This document shows, in pieces, positions 38,285-51,568 of a stretch of DNA of 64,000 nucleotides; the stretch's first letter is position 1; each line of letters begins with the position of its first letter. The notes beneath the pieces are model-generated. The model worked only from the letters and a program-made list of their open reading frames with translations. It was not told the origin of the DNA and did no database searches. The translations under genes and the position numbers were made by a program. The DNA comes from Octopus vulgaris (lineage: Eukaryota), in assembly GCA_951406725.2 (NCBI GenBank), contig OX597831.1, positions 32,178,001-32,242,000 on the forward strand, in the 5' to 3' direction.

Positions 38285-39005
38285 TAGATAAATCTGAAAT
38301 CTTTCATCTTAAACTCAACTTTCCCACAATTATTAATTTTTTTTTCACTTCTAAATAACAAACAATGATATTCTACAGAATTTCTGTCCATCTCGTTTGT
38401 ATCTTACCTACTAATTTCTTCACAATTACAATTTCACTGGAATCAAAACAAAAAAAAAATGTCTTCAAATATATTTTCAATAAATACCCATTCTGCATGT
38501 TGTTTCTTCATTGTAATAGTTTTAAAATGTTTTATTAAAACTTTTTTTTTTTTAATTTCTGTTTTGGAAAATACGAAAAAAAAAAAATGTAAAAGCAATG
38601 ATGTGGCCAGGATTTTATATTTGTAAAAATCTCGTTTGTTTTGGTCGACTGATGCACAACAATTTGTTAAAATTATAGACTGAGCTGCTGCAGTTGTTGC
38701 TACGATTGTGGTCGGTGATTCAGTCCTTGTCGCCATTCTCGTCATCATTGGTGAAGGCACATGGTTCAGTGGTTAGGGTACTTGGCTCACAATCTTAAGG
38801 TCATGAGTTCAATTCCTGGCAGCACCTTGTATCCTTGAGCAAGGCACTTTATTTCGCATTGCTCCAGTCCACTCAGTTGGCGAAAATGAGTTGTACCTGT
38901 AATTCAATGGGCCAGCCTTTTCGCATTCTGTGTCACACTGAATTTCTCTGATAACTACGTTAACTGTACATGTGTCTGTGGAGTACTCAACCACTTGGAC
39001 ATTAA

Positions 39006-39566
39006 ACCCACAGCCCGCCCCATAACGTCGGTTGATGTAAATTTATGTGCGCTGTGTACTCACTTTGAATCAGATGACGAAAATACACGCAGCCCTAGCT
39101 GCAGCAGTTTGTACCTGTTTGTGTACCGGTTGACACAACTATACACTATCATTAATGGAATCGACAACAGAGGCCACCATGCAAATTTCAAGGAATCTGA
39201 CAGGTTTGTTAGACTCTTCATGTAAATATTTCCAACTCAGTTCAAGACTTCATCACCATAATAGTATAAAAGCAACAGCTTTGGCTGTTACACCACCATT
39301 TCCACTATGACTTCCTATCAAATTCCTACATGTTCAGCAAATTCTTCTGGTCTTTCACAGAATTTGCTGTCGAATCCAGTCATGCCAGTTTCATTGAATA
39401 TATGGCCCTCGCAGTGATGACAGTTTACATAAATAAACAGCGCAAGCTTTAAAGTGGTTGATGTAAATATAGACCGAAACGGTGCCATGCACTAATTGTT
39501 AATCTTGGCTGAGATGATTACCGTTGGAGCAATTTAGTTGCTTGATAAAAATCCATTGTCATGGGG
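39006..39566. mobile_element. Unclassified ~560-bp insertion at TTAA within a family C SINE (piggyBac-like)
   Basis: SINE sequence cacttggacaTTAA resumes as TTAAttttgtgagcaggct; the TIRs are poor. Confidence 0.45.
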
Positions 39567-41197
39567 TTAATTTTGTGAGCAGGCTATTCTATTCATCTGA
39601 TCAAAGGGATATAAAAAAACAATAACAAACCAAAAATTGGTCAATGGTCACAAAAAAATAAAACAAAACACCACCACCACCAAGGACAGTGGTGGCAACA
39701 GCAGCAGGTGATGACCACAAAAGCTGTTGTTACTCCCCACCCCCACCGTCTTCCTTACTCTAATTAGAGAAACTCCAAGACAGGATAGACTTCCCAACAA
39801 CACGTCACAATGAGGGAAACCTATATGTGGTTAATTAAAGTGCTAGAAATAACAGCTTCCTCTAAACAGGTCATATCTGACCCAAATACTCTACGTGTTT
39901 TATTATCAAACTGGCCAGATTCAGCCTCTCACACATGTCCTACAATGTCATTCTAAAACCAATCACATCATCAAAATCTCAAAGCTACGAGATAATGAAT
40001 GAAAAAGCATTATATTTCACGAAGCAATCTGAATGCTAAAGGGCTAAAGAATGAAGGACACATCAGATGATGTAGCCCTTGATGGACTGTGTCTTGATAA
40101 AATACAGGATGGTCATGGTAGGAATGTTTAAGGATTGTAGGCCTGTCCAATGAGGGATCACCTCAGCCTACACAACAATGACATATGTTACACCCTAGCA
40201 TACCTGTTATGCAATTAGGACTGACCCGGGGCTAAACAGTACCATCTACGACAACCACTGCCACAACACTCAACACCACCGCCTCCACTACAGCTAACTT
40301 CCTCACCCCCACTTGCCACAACCACTACCACCCAATACCACTCCACACCTGTTATGCAATCAAAACTGACCTAGCTACCTTTAGATTGGTATTGTGCCAG
40401 TTTGGAGCAGAGCCCAAACAGAGAGGTCAGCTGGTCAGACAGACAGACAGACACCCAGGCAGCCAGACATCTGGCCAACAAACCAACCAGCCAGCCAGCC
40501 AGACAACAAACCTGTCTAAGTATCTCTCAGCCAGCAAGGATAAGCATTCAAAACACAGTTGTTGTTGTTGGTGGTGGTGGTGGTGATAGTGATCATGGAA
40601 GCAATGAGGGTGGAGGCAATGGTGGTGGGTGATGATGGTGTAGGTGATGATGATAATGAAGAGGAGGAGGTGGATAACAATAGCACAGATGCCGGTGATG
40701 ATGAGGAGGATGAGGGTAATGACCACCAATATGATGATGACAATGATGATGATGAGGAAGGTAATGAGAATGATGATGATGATGATGATGTTGACGACTA
40801 TCAAAACTAGATTTTCTAATTTCTTCAATTGAAAAAAAATCAAATTTTGTTTAATTTTTCTTTCCTTTCCCTTATATTTTATATTTAAAAAAACAAACAA
40901 ACAAAAAAACTTAATTGTTGTTTTTGTTAAAGATTAATGATTACTGATATTAGTATTAACGATTAGTAGATCTATAAAGTAATTTTACTGTAAAACTCCG
41001 TCCTTGATGACAAATCAATTAGCTATAATTATTAGCTTTGTTTTTGTTTTCACACCATACATATTAAAACAATAATTACATACACAAACACGATGTAATG
41101 AGAGATTAAATTAATTAAAATAAAAAGGATAATCCTTTCATAAAGTTTAGATGTTTATAGAGTTAATGATTTAATCTAGTTGCTGGATAATTTAAAT

Positions 41198-41808
41198 CAG
41201 TGGTTCAAAACCAAGGTTCATAGATCCCTTGGGGTCTGTATGACCTTTTGGGGTTCACTCTTACAATACATAAAATATTTAAACAATTTTTTATACAATA
41301 GGCATAGGAGTGGCTGTGTGGTAAGTAGCTTGCTTATCAATCACATGGCTCCGGGTTCAGTCCCACTGCGTGGCACCTTGGGCAAGTGTCTTCTACTATA
41401 GCCTCAGGCTGACCAAAGCCTTGTGAGTGGATTTGGTAGACGGAAACTAAAAGGAACCTGTCGAATGTGTGTGTGTGTATACGTGTATACGTTTGTGTGT
41501 CTCCAACATCGTTTGACACCCGATGCTGGTGTGTTTACATCCCCGTAACTTAGCAGTTGGGCAAAAGAGACCGATAGAATAAGTACTAGGCTTACAAAGA
41601 ATAAGTCCTGGGGTCGATTTGCTCGACTAAAGGTGTTGCTCCAGCATGGCCACAGTCAAATGACTGAAACAAGTAAAAGAGTAATTCCTAATAATATTTA
41701 ATCATAAAAATATAATAGGATTTTTTAAAGCATTGAATAGCTATTAGGATTTGGTGGAATAAAATAGGAAACAAAGGGGTCCAGAGGTAAAAAAATGGTC
41801 GAGAACTA
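41198..41808. mobile_element. Degenerate hAT-like MITE interrupted by a SINE A copy (41301-41682)
   Basis: Ends cagtggttcaaaacc and ggtcgagaac resemble cagtggttctcaacc-type TIRs; several ggggtc motifs. Confidence 0.5.
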
Positions 41809-44334
41809 AATGAATGAGAGGCGAACCTCCCTCCTGGATAGGCTGCTAGGGCATTCAAAGGTAATTTCTATTTTAACCCTGTAGCATTCAGATTACTCTG
41901 TCAAATGTAATATTTATTTAATCATTTGAATTCATCATCCATTAGCTCATAGCTTTCAGATTTCAATGTTGTGATTGTATATTTTTACAATGACATTGTA
42001 GGGTAGGTGTAAGAAGCTGGATCTGGTCAGTTTGAACAGAAAACAGAATGGTCAGTTTAAAGAATGTAGGTGTTGGTATGGCTGTGAGATTATAAAGTTT
42101 ACTTTTTAACCCCATCAACTCAGGGCAAGTGTCTTCTGTTTTAGCTTCAGGCTGACCAAACATAAACACCATCACCATCATCATCATTTAACATCCCCTT
42201 TGCTATGTTTGCATGAGTCAGATGGAATTTGTTGAAACATTTTTCTACGGTCGAATGCCTTTCCTGTCACCGACCCTCATCTGTTTCCAAGCAAGGGAAT
42301 AATATTTTCTTAGGACCAGACATTTTTGTCACAGAAGACTGGAAATGCACAACAGTGCTTGTACAATGATGATGATACTTATTGACAACCATCACAATGT
42401 CAAAACAAAGGTACACACACACACACAAGTATGTGTGCATTCATTATTTATCATCATCCCTTTGGCCTGATATATAAAGACATACACTATTTATACTTAC
42501 ATACATACATCATCATTTAATGTCCATTCTCCATGCTGGCATGGGTTGGACGGTTTGACAGGAGCTGGCAAGGCTGGAGGGCTGCACCAGGCTCCAGTCA
42601 TCTGTTTTGGCATGATTTCTATAGCTGGATGCCCTTCCAAATGCCAACCACTTTACAGAATGTACTGGGCGCTATTCACATGGCACCTGCACAGGTACTT
42701 TTTACATGGAACATGTACACACACACACACATACACACACAGTGATATTTTGAAACCATTAGGCAGTCCAGACATCACTTATGTGGACACTCTATCCAGG
42801 ATTTGGAGTATTTTATTATATATGACTCGAGTTGAAAATTCCAGTACAGCTTCCTAGCATAACACAAAATAGCACATATACATAAATTTACATTATATAT
42901 ATATATATATATATAACCAAGGGAAAGGCAAAGGGGCCAATACTGCTTGGCACCAGTGACGTCACAACTCATTTCTGCAGCTGAGTGAATTGGAGTATTG
43001 TGAAATAAAGAGTCTTGCCCAAGAGTACATCACATAATAACCCAGTCTGAGGAATCAAACTTGCTACATCATGATCATGAGCCTGAAGCTCTAACCACTG
43101 AACTATATGCCTTCACATACACACACACATATATATATATATATATAAATACATGCATGTGTGTGTGTGTGTGTGCTTCCTCTTGGCAACTAGTACTGGT
43201 TTATTTACATCCCTGTAACTTAGCAGTACAGCACAAGAGACCAACAGAATAAGTACCAGACTTTAAACAAAATAAGTGCTGAGATTTGATTTGTTTGACT
43301 AAAACACTTCAAGATGGCGCCCCAGCATGGCCACAGTCTAATGACTGAAACACACAAAAGAGAAAGGATAACAAGAAGCAAACACGTTTCTGCAAACGTT
43401 CCAATAGCAGAGATTGGCTGTGAGTCTGGATGGGCACATTACGAGCATCTTGTTCCATTTGGCACTGACCCATGATTATTAGAGCATGGCTTCTCTGTAT
43501 ACAGCTTAACGAATCAAACATGTTAATTATGTATCATACATTATCACTACTTTATATTTCTTCTTTTGTGCTGCTGCTGAACTGAACTGAAGTGTGTCGA
43601 TGATGACGACAGCCTTGACCGCTGTACAATAATAATGGACTTGGTTGACCGTCATGTAATGATGAACTTGACCATCATGTGATAATGGAGGTGTGGACTT
43701 ACGATAATTAGGATTTCATGTGATCACAGGATTGGCCTCACATCATAATGGATATGGTTGTTTCATTATAATGGACTTAGCCATTGCATCACATAATGGA
43801 CTTGACTATCATCATCATCACCATCATTTAGCATACATCTTCTATGTTGGAATGGGATGAATGGTTTGACAGGATCTGATGATTCCATGAACTGCACTAT
43901 GCTCCAATGTTTTTGGTAAGGTTTCTATTGTCTGATGCCCTTCCTAATGCCAGCCACTTTACAGACTGTACTGGGCACTTTTTTTTACATGGCACCAGCA
44001 CTATAATAGACCTGATCATCACATGATAATAGGGTTAACTCCACCTGATAATGGAACTAGCTACTGTACAAGAATAAAATGTCCACCTCAGTTATATTGT
44101 CAACAGGGATCTGGCTGGACAGTGGTTTAGCTTGTGGACACTGGATGGCATTTAGTAGTGGTAAGAAGTTATAGATTTGCATACAAATACGACATATTAA
44201 GATCCAGGCGGTCAGAACTTTAAATAACACTCTTACTGTCTACAGTGTTCAGGGCAATTCATCAGAAAAAGTAACCAGAAGTGCATGAACAAGACATGGG
44301 ATATGCACAAGGATTGAACAATGAAGGAATTGTT

Positions 44335-44775
44335 TAAAAAAGGGTGGGGGCATTAGGTGTATTGTTGGCAAATTACAAGAAGTATGGAAGTTTTTAAGGA
44401 TGCAGTGTCCTGACAGCTAACAACTGATGTGGGTAGTTTATTCCATGCTCAGCAATTCTGAGCATGAAAAAATGTTTTCCAAATCATGGGTGCTGTGTTT
44501 ATTGATTCTGTAAGCATGTACATGAGTGTTAGACATATGGAATTCGAAAAAGTGCCCATGGTTGTTGTTGGAAAGATGGTGGATAATCTTGTGAGTGTCT
44601 GCCAAGTCACTTGCCAGACGTTGAGACTTTAATGTGTTCATGCCCAGGGAAACAAGACATTCAGAGTATGATAGAGGCCTGACGCTGGTTATTTGTTTGG
44701 CTGCACATTTCTGAATGGTTTCCAGGAGATTGATCTGCTGAGCAAAACAGGGGTTCTAGACTGGTGATGCAAACT
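44335..44775 (-). mobile_element. Degraded CR1-clade LINE 3' fragment
   Basis: MNTLKSQRLASDLADTHKIIHHL..., homologous to 60791-61350. Confidence 0.75.
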
Positions 44776-46444
44776 ACCAAATCACCATTGTTATGAAGAC
44801 AATGTTGTAGCTTCCAGGTAGTGGCTTGACCTGCAAGAAATAGCAGCTAAATCTGCCTCATATTTCACTACACTGTCTTAAAAAACAGGACTGACCCAAG
44901 TAAGGCCTCTAATGCCTTTGATCAGAAATCTGCTAAATCAGGGTTGACCTAGGGCTAAACAACAAACATCTTGTTATATGAAAGTAATATTGGAATGGAT
45001 TAGTTACTAGGCCACTGAATCATAAATTTATATTTTTGTTTTCAAGAGTACAGCTGAGTACTGGGTACTCTGGGGCTGGGAGCAAAAGGCTTTATTATAG
45101 TATTGGCCTTAATAAACTTCACAAAACTGATAATATTGATTTTGAAGACAAGAACAAGGATTTGTGTAAGAGTGGGGGGGATTTAGTCAAATTGACCTCA
45201 ATATATAACAGGTATTATATTGTATTGACCCTGAAAGGTGGTGGATTAGAGCATTGGACAAAATGAATGGTATTGACCAGACTATTGGATATTGTTATAC
45301 ATCGCTGGTCACAGTACGCTTTTGCATTGTTTAAGCTTTCAAATGATGTCATCCTGCTGGCTAGGTGAGCAAGCTAATATTCTCCTTAATTGGAAGGCTA
45401 TCCTGTTACAGAGTATACCCATTTGTGGCTGAGTGGACTGGGGTAATGCGAAATGAAGTGTTTTGCTTGAGAGCACAACATGCCACCCAGTCCTGGAATC
45501 GAATTCATGACCTAGCGACCATGAGTGCAATACCCGAACCACTAGGCCACACACTGAAATATTGGACAAAATAACTTGCACCATTTGTTTTGGTTTTCTA
45601 TATTCTGAGTTCAAATCCTGCCAAGGTTGACTTCATCTTTCATCCCTTCAGGGGGTTGATGAAATAAAGAACCGCTCAAGTATCGGGGGTCAATGTTACC
45701 AATTAAGCACCTCCCCTCAAAACTGCTGGCTTTGTGCTTATTTTTATGACCCTAGGAGAGTAAAAGTTAAAGTGGACCTTGGCAGGATTTGAACTCAGAA
45801 TATAAAGAATCGTAACTACACACCGCTGCATTGTATTGATTATATATCAATGGGTTGTAAGAAAAGAATTGAAATTACTGTCAGACAGATCTAAAATTGT
45901 ATTTCTAAAATAAAATATTTTGACATAATCTAAATTGTATTTTGTTAATTGGAATTATAGTGTAATTGGTGGTGATGATGATGATGTAGACGATGTTTGG
46001 TGATGATGATGACGATGATGATTGGGTTGATCAACAAATATTTTTAAAAATCAATGATTGAGAGAGAAAGAATGTGTGTGTGATATATATATATATATAC
46101 ATATGTAGTTATATATATATATATATGTATATGTGTATATAGAAAAAGAGGGGGAGAGCTATCCCTCCCTCCCTCCCCTCCATTCTGCTACCAATTCCAA
46201 ACTTAGTGTTGGTAGCCGTTTCCGGATTGTCACAGTGAAAGTGAACTGCTGACCAATGACAAAAATGAGTCATCAGGATAGTTGGAGTCTCTTTGCTAAA
46301 CACAGTCCATACTACAGCCTACACAACTACCACACTGTCCACAGCATGACTGCATTATGTAAACCACCACCACTATAATGTGTGTACTGCCACCACAACT
46401 GCCACATTGTGTATGCTACAACTACAACCATCCTAATACTATTC

Positions 46445-46660
46445 TATATTTTAGAGATTTTACAATGGACGGAGAGGTGTCCCTGCCTTGTTTACTGTTA
46501 CCACAACGTTTTGACTGATGTACTCTCCAGCCTTCATCAGGTGTTCTCATGGAATTTCGAACCCAACCCTTTATTTGACTAATGGGGTACACTGTTCTCA
46601 TTCCTAAGGTATGTTGCTGACGTGGACATATATCTGTCCATTGTAAATAATGTACAACCA
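46445..46660 (-). mobile_element. Diverged copy of the hammerhead-bearing Penelope-like family
   Basis: Minus 46501-46545: aacac-CTGATGA-a-GGCTG...CAGTC-AAAA-CGTT-GTG; shares ttctcattcctaaggta with the 20050 region. Confidence 0.6.
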
Positions 46661-47039
46661 CCATACTATGCATCACTATGTATACCAGCATCACCAGCAC
46701 CACTACCACTACCACTACAGCCTACTGTACACTCCTACAGGACAAACCCCACCACAACCTTTGCAAGCCAGCAAGTGGACAATCTACATGCTTGTTCCAC
46801 CTGCTAGAAATGTCAACCAAAATCTCATTCGAATCACATCCTTTTGTCTTCAGGTCGAATCACATATGACCTCCTTCATTTTTGGAAGAAGAAGAAAATA
46901 AAAAAAAAACAGGCATAGGTGTGTGGTTAAGAAACTCATTTTGCAATTATGTAGTTTTTAGGTTCAATTCCACTGTGCAGTACCTTAGGTGGGGGTCTTC
47001 TTCAAAAGCTGAAGACTGACCAATGCCTGATGAGTGAAT

Positions 47040-47273
47040 CTATTTCTTTACTACCCACAAGGGGCTAAACACAGAGGAGACAAACAAGGACCGACAGACG
47101 AATTAAGTTGATTATATCGACCCCAGTGCGTAACTGGTACTTAATTTATTGACCCCGGAAGGATGAAAGGTAAAGTCGACCTCGGCGGAATTTAAACTCA
47201 GAACGTAACGGCAGACGAAATACGGCTACGCATTTCGACCGGCGAGCTAACGTTTTTGCCAGCTCGCCGCCTT
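47040..47273 (-). mobile_element. SINE family B with alternative 3' tail (also 62400-62625, plus), nested in a SINE A copy
   Basis: Same head and Nin-like core, but tail tgtccttgtttgtc...tgtttagccccttgtgggtagtaaagaaata. Confidence 0.8.
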
Positions 47274-47486
47274 TCACATCAGTTCACATGGATAGCCGCG
47301 CTCTTCATTGACGAGTGATCCCCCGTCCAGTGAGTGAATCTGGTAGATGGAAACTGTGTGGAAGACTGTTATATAGCTGTGTGTGTCTTTCTATTTGTAC
47401 CTCCACCACTACTTGACAACTGGTATTGGTTTGTTTGCATCCATATAAATTAGCAGTTCAGCAAAAGAGACTGATAGAATAAAGAA

Positions 47487-48169
47487 TTCTTTTGCTTGTT
47501 TCAGTCATTAGACTGTGGCCATGCTGGGGCACTGCCTTGAACAATTTTTAGTTGAACAAATTGAGCCCAGTACTTATTTTTTGGTGGTACTTATTCTATC
47601 GATCTCTTTCACCAAACTGCTAAGTTACAGGGATGTAAACATATCAACAACATTTGTCATGCAGTGAAGGGGTACAAACACACGAGGGCTTCTTTCAGTT
47701 TCCGTCTGCCAAATCTACTTGCAAGACTTTGGTCAAGCCGAGGTTATAGGAGAAGGCACTTGCCCAACGTGCCACATGGTAGAACTGAATCTGGAAGCAT
47801 GTGGTTGGAAAGCAAATTTCTTACCAAAAATCCATCTCTGCAGGACTTTTGTTTTAGAAGAAAAAAAAAAAAAAGAAAAGAAAAGAGAGATACTGGGTTC
47901 AATATATTTGACTGAAACATTCCAAGGCAAAGCTGCTCCAGCATGGCCGTAGTCCAGTGGGTGAAACCAGTAAAAGAAAATAAACAAAGATAGGCATAGG
48001 ACTGGCTGTGTGGTAAGTAGCTTGCTAACCAACCACATGGTTCCGGGTTCAGTCCCACTGCGTGGCATCTTGGGTAAGTGTCTTCTGCTATAGCCTCGGG
48101 CGCCGACCAAAGCCTTGTGAGTGGATTTGGTAGACGGAAACTGAAAGAAGCCCGTCGTATATATGTATA

Positions 48170-48225
<56 letters not shown>

Positions 48226-48430
48226 TGTGTGTCTGTGTTTGTCCCCCTAGCATTGCTTGACAACCGATGATGGTGTGTTTATGTCCCCGTCACTTAGTGG
48301 TTCGGCAAAAGAGACCGACAGAATTAGTACTGGGCTTACAAAGAATAAGTCCCGGGGTCGATTTGCTCGACTAAAGGCGGGTGCTCCAGCATGGCCGCAG
48401 TCAAATGACTGAAACGAGTAAAAGAGTAAA
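47487..48430. mobile_element. Two SINE family A copies in inverted orientation (47487-47840 minus, 47993-48430 plus)
   Basis: Both match the family A consensus; the plus copy ends ~40 bp from the splice donor at 48470. Confidence 0.8.
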
Positions 48431-48470
48431 GATAAGGAAGAAGGAGGTAAGTGTAGAAAGAGAAGATTAC

Positions 48471-48560
48471 CTGTGATGAAGGCATATTTCGACTGTAGAA
48501 CCTCTGCAACGTCCAATACAGTAAAAGAACAATCTAGATCCATTTCACCCATTACATAGC
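48471..48560 (-). CDS. MCF2L: Coding exon (first one visible) of DBS/MCF2L-like Rho GEF, start of SEC14/CRAL-TRIO domain
   Basis: Minus strand tttttgcag|GCTATGTAATGGGT...TTCATCACAG|gtaatc, 90 nt, phase 1-1. Translates (G)YVMGEMDLDCSFTVLDVAEVLQSKYAFITG, which resembles DBS AADIQDQLKKRFAYLSG (recalled) and joins the next exon in frame. Confidence 0.88.
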
Positions 48561-48961
48561 CTGCAAAAACAAACAGAAAAAAAAAAATCTATCAGTAAAT
48601 TGATATACATATAGAATATTTGGGTTGAATATGGCTGCTTTAAATGCTGGGGAAGGGGGGGTTTAAAAAAACAGGACACCTCCTGTGGTTCTTGACATAC
48701 TAATATCTATATACAAATCAATCAATAAATAAATAAATAAATAAATAAAAAGATGAGATGGTCATGAATGGAATGCCTTTGCTCATAAATCTGCTTTGGT
48801 AAGGTTGACCTGGGGTTAAAGATAAACTATCTGTTGCTCAGTGTAAATCACGGGCACATGGGACAGGGAAGTCCTAGAATGGCTTAGATTACACATCTGT
48901 TTGATCAGGGCTGCCCAGGGGCTACACATCAAACGACAACAACAATAGCAACAATAACAGC

Positions 48962-48999
<38 letters not shown>

Positions 49000-49398
49000 C
49001 AACAATACAATACAACAATCACAACTTGTACATAAACACATGGGAACAAGAATGATTGATTGAACTCCATCCATCAGTGCAGTTTAAAGAATAGAAGGGC
49101 AGTGTGTTTATAAATTATATATACACCCATATATATAATGCATGTTAACATACATACATAATGCATAAATATACACACATGTATGCACACACACACACAC
49201 ATATATGTGCAGGAGAAAATATAATGTGTTGTAAAATGTATTGATACACCATTATCAGTTTCTGCCGACGTCAGATAACTCGCTTCATTAATTTCAGCTA
49301 TTGATAATGTCCTCTCTGTCTTACTAACAAAACACCAAAACTAAAAGACTCCATACCGAGACACACACATACAAACATATACACATGCCTACATATAG

Positions 49399-49429
<31 letters not shown>

Positions 49430-49506
49430 GACACAATTTGATTTATTCCTTCCTTTTCTTCTATTGTATATGAACTGATTTGATTACATCTCTACACTGA
49501 AAGCCT

Positions 49507-49541
49507 CATATATATATGTATGTATATATTATATATGTATG

Positions 49542-49574
<33 letters not shown>

Positions 49575-49663
49575 GTATGTATATATATATGTATGTATGT
49601 ATATATATATATGTATGTATGTATATATATATGTATATATATATATATATATGTATGTATATA

Positions 49664-49708
<45 letters not shown>

Positions 49709-49750
49709 ATATATATGTATATATATATATATGTATGTATATATATATGT

Positions 49751-49805
<55 letters not shown>

Positions 49806-49811
49806 TGTATG

Positions 49812-49842
<31 letters not shown>

Positions 49843-49844
49843 AT

Positions 49845-49878
<34 letters not shown>

Positions 49879-50085
49879 ATGTATGTATATATGTATATAT
49901 ATATGTATGTATATATATATGTATGTATATATATATATGTATGTATATATATATGTATGTATGTATATATGTATGTATGTATATATGTATGTATATATAT
50001 ATGTATGTATATATATATGTATGTATATATATGTATTATATATATATATATATGTATATATGTGTGTGTATATATATATATGTAT

Positions 50086-50116
<31 letters not shown>

Positions 50117-50182
50117 GTATGTATGTATGTATGTATATGTATGTATATATATATATATGTATGTATGTATGTATATGTTTTT

Positions 50183-50217
<35 letters not shown>

Positions 50218-50242
50218 GTATATATATATATATGTATGTATG

Positions 50243-50317
<75 letters not shown>
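49507..50317. repeat. ~810-bp (TA)n/(TATG)n tract
   Basis: Direct inspection; further (TA)n at 50590-50866. Confidence 0.95.
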
Positions 50318-50546
50318 CTGAACACTTGGTGAAATTGATTAATTAATTAATTTTACCCTCAATTGTTGATATATATATATGTATATATATATACATATAT
50401 ATATATTATATATATATATACATATATATATATACATATATATACGGATAAACACATAAATGTGAAACAAGGTGGAAAAAGAGTACTCAAATACCAGTGG
50501 TAGAGTAATATGCTTTATTTTAAGCAGCAGAAAAAATCAACAAAAT

Positions 50547-50584
50547 CTGTTACTCTGAGTTTCTCGTTGCCGTTCATCAGACAG
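50547..50584 (-). ncRNA. Minimal type I hammerhead motif with intact core
   Basis: Minus strand CTGT-CTGATGA-a-CG GCAA CG-a-GAAAC-T cag A-GTA-ACAG: stem I CTGT/ACAG, GNRA-capped stem II, GUA cleavage triplet. Confidence 0.65.
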
Positions 50585-50592
50585 TTTTTATG

Positions 50593-50754
<162 letters not shown>

Positions 50755-50867
50755 CATATATATATACATATATATATACATATATATATACATATATATA
50801 CATATATATATATATATATGTATATATATACATATATATATGTATATATATATATATATATATATGT

Positions 50868-51568
50868 ATGAGAGAAAATTGTGATGTCACAGGAGAGAAA
50901 TATGTTCGAATGGATGATGGGGCACTTGCTTTTAGTGATTCTGAAAAGAAAGAGGCTTGGAGAAGCCACTATGAAAGACTGCTGAATGTGGAGAAAGAAT
51001 GGGAGGAGAAGAGCCTGCCAAACGTTGACCCAGTACAAAGACCAGCTATCCGTATAGATAGCTCCCTAGTAGTTAAGGCAATTAAGGGTATGAAGCCAGG
51101 AAAAGCCCCCCGGCCCATCAGGAATGACTGCTGAGATGCTTAAAACATCTGGTGGTGTGGGCTACAGCCTAGTCACCCACATTGTAAACCAGGTAGTTCA
51201 TGATGGAGTCATACCCAATGACTGGCGTAGCAGCACCATAGTCAACTGCTACAAGGGTAAAGGTGATGCTCTAGATAGAAATAACTACAGGGGTATCAAA
51301 CTGTTGGATCAGGTGATGAAGGTCACGGAGAGGGTCATAGCCCATCTCATCAGGGAGAGAGTCTGCTTAGATGAGATGCAGTTCGGTTTTGTGCCGGGTA
51401 GAAGCACCACTGATGCCATATTCATGGTTCGACAACTGCAGGAGAAAAACCTAGCCAAAGATAAACCCCTATATTTAGCTTTTGTGGACTTGGAGAAAGC
51501 TTTTGACAGGGTCCCCCAATCCCTTATCTGGTGGGCGATGTGGAAACTGGAGATTGACGAATGGTTAA
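50868..51568 (+). mobile_element. RTE-clade LINE reverse transcriptase fragment, frameshift near 51110, truncated by a SINE piece
   Basis: GKAP, NYRGIKLL, QFGFVPGRSTTDAIF and LYLAFVDLEKAFDRVP motifs. Confidence 0.92.

Noticed and set aside
49516-50332. Long ORFs of 250+ aa (also 2560-3185, 7201-7696, 50510-51038, 54319-54998)
   Set aside because: Translations of TA/TG/CA microsatellites ([12 protein letters not shown]) that are open only because the repeats lack stops in those frames.
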